From contig JBDRBN010000038.1 in the NCBI GenBank assembly GCA_043822785.1, positions 1 to 15,254 on the forward strand: a stretch of 15,254 nt of DNA. The letters are read 5' to 3'. The notes under the pieces were generated by a model, which was given only the letters and a program-made list of their open reading frames with translations, was not told the origin of the DNA and ran no database searches. The DNA is from Pseudomonadota bacterium. GTDB taxonomy: Bacteria > UBA10199 > 2-02-FULL-44-16 > JAAZCA01. Positions 7,037 to 14,092 of the stretch are shown here, piece after piece; the stretch's first letter is position 1; the number at the start of each line of letters is the position of its first letter. The position numbers and the translations under genes were made by a program.

Positions 7037-7960
7037 TTATGCCGTTACCCTGTTTCTACCGCCCTCTTTGGATTTGTACATGCAGGCATCAGCGTGGGCG
7101 AGCATATCATCTGAAGATGCAAAGTTGCCCTCGCAGAGGGTTGCCACGCCAATGCTTATGGTGACCGGTATGCATTGCTTTTCAAAGGAGAATGGATCTG
7201 CTTCGACGAGCTTTCTGATACGTTCTGCAAGCAGCACAGCTCCATCCCTATCAGTGCCCCTGAGCACAACCGTAAATTCCTCGCCCCCGTAGCGCGCCAG
7301 GATATCCTCATCGCGCAGCGCCTTGGCTATCCTGCCCGCCACGCCCTTGAGCACATAGTCGCCGGCCATGTGGCCATGCGTGTCGTTTACCTTTTTGAAG
7401 AAATCGATATCGATCATGAGAAGCGAAAGCGGCAGATTGTTTCTGGAGGCAAAGCTGAATTCTTCGCTGAATCGTTTTTTGAAAACGTGCTTGTTGTTCA
7501 CGCCCGTGACGGCGTCGAAGTTTGCCATCTGCCGCATCACATCATGGAACATGAGATCAGCTTCTTTGCCTAAGGCAAAGTTAAAAAGCGTGTCGCTGGA
7601 TATGTGAATCTGATCGCCGTTTTTCAACACTATTGATTTGATGACCCTCTCTCCGTTTACAAACGTGCCATTTGTTGAGCCCAGATCTTCTATTACGACC
7701 TGGCCAGCTTCAAAGCTGATTTTCAGGTGTTGGCGCGAGACTTTGGAATCGCTTATAGCGATGTCGCATTCCTTATCTCTGCCGATGATGATATCCATGT
7801 TTCCCAAGAGATACTTCTCGCCCATGAGCGGGCCGGATATGAAGAGGATATAGGCTTTTTGATGCTCGGGCTCGATGCGCTCTATCTTGGTGACAACCGT
7901 CCGCTCGGACACTTCTTCTTGCTGTTCAGTTTCTTTTTTCTTTTTTTTCTTGTCGGCCAT
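7037..7960 (-). CDS. FHA-GGDEF diguanylate cyclase (DgcB-like architecture)
   Basis: FHA motifs IIGR, SKVSRQH, DLGSTNGTFVNG; GGDEF-domain motifs DIDFFKKVNDTHGHMAGD, I-site RDED and active site ARYGGEEF. Probable start ATG 7960 (MADKKKK). Confidence 0.93.
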   Translation of the reverse strand: MADKKKKKKETEQQEEVSERTVVTKIERIEPEHQKAYILFISGPLMGEKYLLGNMDIIIGRDKECDIAISDSKVSRQHLKISFEAGQVVIEDLGSTNGTFVNGERVIKSIVLKNGDQIHISSDTLFNFALGKEADLMFHDVMRQMANFDAVTGVNNKHVFKKRFSEEFSFASRNNLPLSLLMIDIDFFKKVNDTHGHMAGDYVLKGVAGRIAKALRDEDILARYGGEEFTVVLRGTDRDGAVLLAERIRKLVEADPFSFEKQCIPVTISIGVATLCEGNFASSDDMLAHADACMYKSKEGGRNRVTA

Positions 7961-8037
7961 TTGTTTATTGTTACCTATATGTTTGCAGATTTCAACTACC
8001 TCTTTATTTTTGCAGCTCGAAAAATGCAACTCAACAT

Positions 8038-8076
8038 CATGAATATCAGTCCGAAAATTTCAGACTGATATTCATG
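8038..8076. promoter_or_regulatory. Near-perfect 39-nt palindrome in the predicted 5' leader of the diguanylate cyclase
   Basis: CATGAATATCAGTC-cgaaaatttca-GACTGATATTCATG (14-bp perfect arms). Function unknown. Confidence 0.55.
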
Positions 8077-8121
8077 GACGAAATACAATGTTGCCAAAGA
8101 TGCTATGTTTAAGTCCTTTTA

Positions 8122-8137
8122 AGCATATCTTGTGCCA
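8122..8137 (-). promoter_or_regulatory. Putative sigma54 (-24/-12) promoter for the diguanylate cyclase
   Basis: Minus strand TGGCACAAGATATGCT has GG-N10-GC spacing; an IHF-like tract (CTTCAAAAAGTTG) lies ~40-50 bp upstream. Confidence 0.65.
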
Positions 8138-8211
8138 CTTTTAACCCCTCCTAAAAGCCTTTCAAAAACCACGCAACTTTTTGAAGTTATTGGCGAAAAT
8201 AGAGATGTTAT

Positions 8212-8239
8212 AGAGATCCTTCGACTTCGCTCAGGATGA
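8212..8239 (-). repeat. REP-like palindromic element
   Basis: Minus strand TCATCCTGAGCGAAGTCGAAGGATCTCT; a related copy is at 6336-6387. Confidence 0.7.
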
Positions 8240-8268
8240 GGGATCAAAATATGATCCCTCATTTTTTT
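8236..8268. promoter_or_regulatory. 11-bp perfect inverted repeat plus T-tract (activator/operator site or terminator)
   Basis: ATGAGGGATCA-aaata-TGATCCCTCAT followed by a T run, between the divergent cyclase and protease genes. Confidence 0.45.
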
Positions 8269-8362
8269 CTTGACAGGCCCAAGCTTTGAGCTTGCGCACT
8301 GCGTCAGGGAGTGCTAAACAGAAGACAAGTTATTGGGAAATAAAGAGAAAGGGGGGATCGCT

Positions 8363-11335
8363 ATGAAATTCTTCAAAGTGATTCCGGCCGTACTCATTCT
8401 TATCTCTTTTGCATCGTGCGGAGGTTCCAACTCCTCCGACACCCCAGGTCCAGATCCAAGCCTTGGCGAACTCACCCAAGTTGAAGAGCTGATCTATACA
8501 GACGCATATTCCGGAAAACTCGTTGTGTATTTCGACGATGCGCTCGGCGTGCGCATTGAAGACTCCTCTGTCATTGCGAGCGAAGCGAAGCAATCTCCAA
8601 CTGACACAAGAACGCTCACAGTTCGCAGCGCAACCGGCAAAGAAGACCGCATAGCAGCAATTCAACAAGTTGTAGAAGCACGGCCTGACTTATCCATCAA
8701 GACCGCAGTGGCTAGGCCCGAAGAAGAGGTGGATCGTCAGCGCGCCAAGCTGGAAAGATTATCAGGTAAAGAGCTCGTTGATTGGAACTCGGTGTATAAA
8801 ATCGAAGAGGCGGATCCGGATGAAGCGGTGCGCATCATGCGCGAGCTGGCTGAAACCGAAGGTGTTGCAAAAGTATATCCGCAGTTGAATCCGTCTCCGG
8901 CAGGTCTGTCGAGCACGCCGTCTTTAGTGGGTCACCAAACATATTTGTATGACGAGTTAACCTATGGCGGCTTGAATGCGCAAGCAGCATGGAACGCAGG
9001 CATCACGGGCCAGGATGTGTATGTGGTGGATAACGAGCCTGGCATGAACTTCGACCATGAGGAATTTAATCTTGTTAAGGCAAACTTTCCAGCGGGCAAT
9101 TGGTTTTATCAGGCTGATTGCGCGCCGGGAATTCCGCCGGCTATTCCAAATTGCGAATCATGGATAGCGCACGGCACAGCAGTTACAGGCATCTTGATAG
9201 CGGGCAATAATGGCAACGGCACAACAGGTTTTGCGTATTCTGCGGATTATGTGCAGGGTTCTATGACTGGTGGTGTTGGAGATGATCTATCTGCATTTGC
9301 TATCGAGGGTGGCGGTCTTGAACCCGGCTCTGTCTGGCTACTTGAGGTCCAACTCCCAGGCAAGTTCAACATCACAGGTTCGTGTGCAGGTGAGACAATG
9401 CAAGATCAATACGGGTGCGTCCCTGTAGAACTATGGCCAGATGTATTTGACGCGATAGAAGCAGCTTCTGCCTACGGCGTAACGGTCATCGAAGGCGGCG
9501 GCAACGGCCAGATGGATCTGGATAATCCCGACCTTTACACGGGCGCATGGTCTTTTGCCAAAAACCTGTCTTATGAAGACTCAGGCGCGCTTATGACAGG
9601 CGCATCCGAAGGCGCAAACGAAATCAAGGCGGCGTTTTCTAACTGCGGCTCCCGCTTCAACACCTTTGCCTGGGGCCAGGGCGTGGTGACCACGGCCTAT
9701 CCCTATGGCCAATACGGCTGGACGGGCAGCACACCGCCGATTCCGCCAAACGATTCAGACAACACATATTTCATGGATAACTTCGGCGGCACTTCATCCG
9801 CCGCAGCCATGGTAGGCGGCGCTGCCGTGCTTGTGCAAAGCCATGCGCGCAATCAGATGGGGCATCGCCGCTATATCATGCCGCACAAGCTGCGCGAGAT
9901 ACTTGTCAACTCCGGAGTAACCCAGGCGGATTCCGGCTGCAACATCGGCATGCAGCCGCGCATAGACCAGGCCATGAGCCTGGTGAACGCATTCTGGGTG
10001 CAAGTGCAAGGCGCCTATCCCAAGATTGCCTTGAATCAGCAACTGACAGACCAGGAATATATCGATTCCCGCGCCATGGGAATCGGCATCATATGCAAGG
10101 AGTACGATGCGGCGGGCAGCGATCCATGCTGCCCTGACAGCGAGATGTTTCCAAAGGGCACAAAGATCGCAAAGGATTACGATTTTGATGGCGACGATCG
10201 CGCAGACCTGGTGCAATACACCAACGGCACATGGAAGATCGATCTTTCAGGCACGGGCAGCGCCGGCGACAATTTCGGCGCGTGGGATGTAAGCGTAAAC
10301 TTCTCTCCCATAGCAGGCGACTGGGTATGGCCCTATGTTGCGGATATGAACTCAGATGGAAGAGCGGATCTGGTTGTCTATGACAAAGGCGCGGGCAAGT
10401 TTTATGTATCGTTTACCGATACCCAACTCACCCGCAACAGCGTCTGGCACGGTTGGGATTGGGTGATAGATTACTCTGGCCAGTGGCATGACCAGCTTAC
10501 GCTGAATCCAAATGATGCCGATTACAGCCGTCCTGCAATAGCAGATTATAATAACGACGGATGGGTGGATATAGGCATCTCATGCTCTGACGGCAATGTG
10601 CGAGTTGATTATAGCGACGGCACGCAAAACTCGCTTGGCAACTATGAATGGAGCGCCCAGCTATTGACCACTCAGATGCTGAATCAGGCGCCCGGGTGGG
10701 CGTATCTGACAGTGCCATACATATTTGCTGGAGGAGACAACAAGGTTTATTTTGGCGTCAAGGTGCCGGATACCCATCCTGATGAAGGTAGGATGTATAT
10801 CATTCCCCAGGATGGTACGGCCTTTCATCCTGAGTACGACTGGATGTATGCAGCGGCGCATATCTTCGGCGGCAATGATGCAGTGCCTCTAATAGGCGAG
10901 TTTTACTTAGGTGGAGAAAACGTAGGATTAAAAGAACCGGATCAACGCTGGCGCGTAACAGATGACTGGTATTTTGATACCCTGATTGAGCTGCCGCCGG
11001 CCAATATCTATGGCGGACCGGAGTGTCACCCTGTAGCGGGTAACTTTGACGGCGATGGGTTTGACGACCGCGCTGTGATGTGCCCTGATGAATGGCGCAT
11101 AGCATATTCAGGCACTGAGTTCTCTTCGCAGATGGATTCAAACGGCGTGCGGCATATCCCGCTTACTTACGAGCCCGAAGACTTTGCGCTTCCCGGCAAG
11201 AGCTACGCAGGCGGCATAAGCTACGAGTATGCGCTGCAGATTATTGCGGAATTCCAAAAACAACACCCTGGAGTCCCGCCGCCCATACCTGTGGACATGG
11301 TAACCGTCATCTCCTGCAGCCCCGGCGACTGTTAA
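8363..11335 (+). CDS. S8 (subtilisin-like) serine protease lipoprotein with C-terminal FG-GAP/VCBS-like repeats
   Basis: ATG 8363 after a purine-rich RBS; lipobox FAS-C; catalytic Asp (VVDNEPG), His (HGTAVTG), oxyanion Asn (GGGNG) and Ser (FGGTSSA); Ca-binding repeats DFDGDDRADL, DMNSDGRADL, DYNNDGWVDI, NFDGDGFDD. Confidence 0.92.
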   Translation: MKFFKVIPAVLILISFASCGGSNSSDTPGPDPSLGELTQVEELIYTDAYSGKLVVYFDDALGVRIEDSSVIASEAKQSPTDTRTLTVRSATGKEDRIAAIQQVVEARPDLSIKTAVARPEEEVDRQRAKLERLSGKELVDWNSVYKIEEADPDEAVRIMRELAETEGVAKVYPQLNPSPAGLSSTPSLVGHQTYLYDELTYGGLNAQAAWNAGITGQDVYVVDNEPGMNFDHEEFNLVKANFPAGNWFYQADCAPGIPPAIPNCESWIAHGTAVTGILIAGNNGNGTTGFAYSADYVQGSMTGGVGDDLSAFAIEGGGLEPGSVWLLEVQLPGKFNITGSCAGETMQDQYGCVPVELWPDVFDAIEAASAYGVTVIEGGGNGQMDLDNPDLYTGAWSFAKNLSYEDSGALMTGASEGANEIKAAFSNCGSRFNTFAWGQGVVTTAYPYGQYGWTGSTPPIPPNDSDNTYFMDNFGGTSSAAAMVGGAAVLVQSHARNQMGHRRYIMPHKLREILVNSGVTQADSGCNIGMQPRIDQAMSLVNAFWVQVQGAYPKIALNQQLTDQEYIDSRAMGIGIICKEYDAAGSDPCCPDSEMFPKGTKIAKDYDFDGDDRADLVQYTNGTWKIDLSGTGSAGDNFGAWDVSVNFSPIAGDWVWPYVADMNSDGRADLVVYDKGAGKFYVSFTDTQLTRNSVWHGWDWVIDYSGQWHDQLTLNPNDADYSRPAIADYNNDGWVDIGISCSDGNVRVDYSDGTQNSLGNYEWSAQLLTTQMLNQAPGWAYLTVPYIFAGGDNKVYFGVKVPDTHPDEGRMYIIPQDGTAFHPEYDWMYAAAHIFGGNDAVPLIGEFYLGGENVGLKEPDQRWRVTDDWYFDTLIELPPANIYGGPECHPVAGNFDGDGFDDRAVMCPDEWRIAYSGTEFSSQMDSNGVRHIPLTYEPEDFALPGKSYAGGISYEYALQIIAEFQKQHPGVPPPIPVDMVTVISCSPGDC
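8569..8597 (+). repeat. REP-like palindromic element inside the protease reading frame
   Basis: TGTCATTGCGAG-cgaagc-GAAGCAATCTC, translated as VIASEAKQS; it shares both arms with the copy at 11343-11378. Confidence 0.75.
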
Positions 11336-11604
11336 CCCTTTGTGTCATTGCGAGGAGGCAAAGCCGACGAAGCAATCCCCTTGCTTCTAACTCTAACTAC
11401 CTTTGCCCCTACTCCAAGACCGACAACAAGCAGTATCCACCACAAATTGAGCCCAACGTGGAGATTGAGGAACGAATCGCGGGTTAGCGAACCTCCACCA
11501 CCACACCCACCCGCAGTAGCAATTGAGGATCCTGCGCCCTCTATTGCGCCGCCGCCGACCACTTCGTATGTATCCGGTTCAGACCCGTTCCAAATTCCGA
11601 ACAA
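11332..11604 (-). pseudogene. Possible 3' remnant of a surface protein with a Gly/Cys-hydrophobic-basic C-terminal sorting signal
   Basis: ...GAGSSIATAGGCGGGGSL...NLWWILLVVGLGVGAKVVRVRSK. TTG start with no RBS, an in-frame stop immediately upstream, and no signal peptide. Confidence 0.4.
11343..11378 (+). repeat. REP-like palindromic element just after the protease stop
   Basis: TGTCATTGCGAG-gaggcaaagccgac-GAAGCAATCC. Confidence 0.8.
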
Positions 11605-11704
11605 AATTCAGCTTTCTGAACACTAAGTGTTCTGATTTCCGGATCGATCAAAACACCGCTTTATCAAAACCCAATCATTTCAGTAGGTTACATCAATACC
11701 TATC

Positions 11705-11721
11705 TTGGCACACATGTTGCT
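11705..11721 (+). promoter_or_regulatory. Putative sigma54 (-24/-12) promoter for the methyltransferase/ATP-grasp/aminomutase cluster
   Basis: TTGGCACACATGTTGCT matches TGGCAC-N5-TTGCW. An IHF-like tract and the palindrome GAACAC-taa-GTGTTC (11618-11632) lie upstream. Confidence 0.72.
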
Positions 11722-11860
11722 TATATGAACGGATTATTTATTGAATCCACATAAATAACGCGCAACATTTTTATGAACATGCCGATCCATTAGATTGTTA
11801 TATAAATTTAGGAATTTGATAGATGTTGTAGTTTTCTTATATTAACTCAGTAAGGATGTT

Positions 11861-12490
11861 ATGAAAGAAAGAAATAATCGTGAAACCGAGCTAACATCTA
11901 CTGGTGTGTTCAAGAAGGCCGCTGCCATGAATCTTCAGGAACTCCTTGACGCACAGTTGAAACTGCAGGTGGACGTATCGTTCAATACGCACCACGATTT
12001 TCTAGTCAGACATGGTTTACCAGATTGTCAGTCAGTTCTCGATGTTGGAACGGGGAATGGTTATTTCTGCATCAAACTTGCCGAACTGTATCAGCACATT
12101 AAGTTCGTCGGCGTTGACTTCATGGAAGATATGCTCCAACGCGCACGAGATGAAGCGCGTTGTCTCAATATGGACAATGTACAGTTGGTTGCAGCCGATC
12201 TCCGAACGAAACCTGCTATCGGTCAAGATGAGGGGTTCGATGCTATACTCTTGCGGTACACTGCATATCACATAAAAGAGCTAAAAGAGGTCTTAAAGCA
12301 TTTGAAAGGTCTTCTTAAGTCGGGTGGCCGGATTTGGATCATCGATGAAGCGTTACTCATTCACAAAACAGATCCCACTACAATTACAAGTGAGGATTTA
12401 GAGATGATTAGGGATTTTGTAGAAAATGTTGTACCATCGCCGGACTATTACGGCACCTATGGTCATGTGATGATTGCCGCAGTCAAGTGA
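11861..12490 (+). CDS. Class I SAM-dependent methyltransferase
   Basis: Motif I VLDVGTGNG, FVGVD, FDAILLRY, LLKSGGRIWIID; AAGGA RBS. Confidence 0.88.
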   Translation: MKERNNRETELTSTGVFKKAAAMNLQELLDAQLKLQVDVSFNTHHDFLVRHGLPDCQSVLDVGTGNGYFCIKLAELYQHIKFVGVDFMEDMLQRARDEARCLNMDNVQLVAADLRTKPAIGQDEGFDAILLRYTAYHIKELKEVLKHLKGLLKSGGRIWIIDEALLIHKTDPTTITSEDLEMIRDFVENVVPSPDYYGTYGHVMIAAVK

Positions 12491-12602
12491 GGTCAGTAAA
12501 TTGAAGAGTGCGAGAGCATCATGCTGCCGATGGGGTTGGGCAGCATCGCGACATGACTGAAACAGAACCCTAGGATATCGTTATGTAAATTGATTGACCT
12601 CA
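12488..12602. other. 115-bp segment with imperfect terminal inverted repeats and an internal hairpin
   Basis: TGAGGTCAGTAAATT (12488-12502) and AATTGATTGACCTCA (12588-12602) are complementary at 13/15 positions; internal stem ATGCTGCC/GGCAGCAT (12521-12546). Confidence 0.4.
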
Positions 12603-12769
12603 ATTTAATTTATAGCGGAGATCGATTGTCCAGGATTAGTGCAGACAGCGCGATTGATATGAACATCATGCGCCATGAATCCTTGATTACACCATCATTA
12701 TTATTTATACAATGAGTCGAAAAATTATAAATAGCGAAAGTTTCTTACAAATATAGCTGGAAGACCAAT

Positions 12770-14071
12770 ATGGAAAAAACCATTCTTATAGTAGGCTCGG
12801 GAGGGAGAAATAAATACGAGTATCTCAAGTGGCTAGAAAGTTTTGGGGCCACTGTTATTCTTTTAGAACCTGAAAATGCTCAGTCTGATTGTGCTCCAAA
12901 ATGCAAGACGTATTATGCCCCATTTACTCGTCTAGAAGCAGTTGTGCAAAAAGCTAAGGAGATCTCCACATGTCACTCTATTGTTGCCGTCGATACAATT
13001 TATGAACTTGCAATGGAACATGCAGCCTTTGTGCGGCATGCACTCGACCTCCCTGGATTAACACCGGAACTAATTAAAATTGGGCGCAGCAAGAGTGTTA
13101 TGGCAGGATTTATGTCGAGTCGTGGTATCAGGACGCCATCTCATATCACCTTTGATGAAGGCGCTGATCTCCGAGAAATAAAACAGAAAATGAAATTGTA
13201 TGGAGATATGGAGTGGATATTAAGACCAGATAATCTCGGTTCAAACATAGGGATACGGAGAATCAAAACACTCGATGACCTTGAACTCGTATTTGATAAC
13301 GCCCAAAATGATATGAGTAATCATCAGTATCGCAAACTTATTTTTAATAATACCAACAGATGGATAGTAAGCCAATACATTCCAGGTTCTGAACTCGAAG
13401 CCGAAGTCTGCATCCATAAAGGAGAAACTGTTTTTTGTTGTCAGCTTTTCAAAACTGTCGTTCTCGAGAGACAGTGGGGAATCGAAGAGAATCGGTGCGT
13501 GACGCCAGTGCCATGGCTGACGGCCACTCAGCTAAACGATATGAACATTCAAATTCGAATGTTGGCTCAAGCTATTTACACAGAAATAATGAAACCTTGC
13601 GGACGCGATACTATGATTACATATATAGAATTTCGACTTGATAATGAAAATCAAGCACACGTTATCGAGTTTGCCTTTCGCAACGGAGGATATTTGAATC
13701 CCACTACTATCAAGGAAAGTACTGGAATCGATCCTTACTATCTATCTGCAGCGGCAACAATGGGCATTGAACCGAAGCTAGCAGATTCACCCATTAGATG
13801 CGCATCAGGTTATCAATCAATCTATTCTGATCGGAAAGGAACCTTCGGGGGCGTGAAGGGCATAAGAAATCTTCCGGGAATAACTGTCAAGAAAGAGGTG
13901 CCTCTCGGGCATGAAATATCTGTTCCGCATTCCGAGATATTATTAAATGTGATTGCAACGGGAACCAGCGCTGAGACGGTGGATAGGATTCTCAATGATT
14001 CATTGCGTGAAGCAACCGTTATTGTTGACGGTGAATCGATTGGCGTACCCCTGAGTCCATATGTGAAGTAG
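12770..14071 (+). CDS. ATP-grasp carboxylate-amine ligase (L-amino-acid-ligase-like)
   Basis: Rossmann-like N-terminus, SKSVM..GIRTP, ILRPDNLGSNIGIRRI, SQYIPGSELEAE, YIEFRL, VIEFAFRNGG..TGID, plus a LAL-type C-terminal domain. Confidence 0.85.
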   Translation: MEKTILIVGSGGRNKYEYLKWLESFGATVILLEPENAQSDCAPKCKTYYAPFTRLEAVVQKAKEISTCHSIVAVDTIYELAMEHAAFVRHALDLPGLTPELIKIGRSKSVMAGFMSSRGIRTPSHITFDEGADLREIKQKMKLYGDMEWILRPDNLGSNIGIRRIKTLDDLELVFDNAQNDMSNHQYRKLIFNNTNRWIVSQYIPGSELEAEVCIHKGETVFCCQLFKTVVLERQWGIEENRCVTPVPWLTATQLNDMNIQIRMLAQAIYTEIMKPCGRDTMITYIEFRLDNENQAHVIEFAFRNGGYLNPTTIKESTGIDPYYLSAAATMGIEPKLADSPIRCASGYQSIYSDRKGTFGGVKGIRNLPGITVKKEVPLGHEISVPHSEILLNVIATGTSAETVDRILNDSLREATVIVDGESIGVPLSPYVK

Positions 14072-14092
14072 CTGGTTACAAGTATTAAAACA

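Noticed and set aside
8291..8317. CIRCE (HrcA) operator
   Set aside because: Only the right half GAGTGCTAA matches; the left half is poor at the required 9-nt spacing. It may instead be a weak sigma70-like promoter.
12659..12715. 18-aa ORF (MNIMRHESLITPSLLFIQ) as a RiPP precursor for the ATP-grasp enzyme
   Set aside because: No RBS, no graspetide-like core, and the ligase looks LAL-like rather than RimK/graspetide-like.
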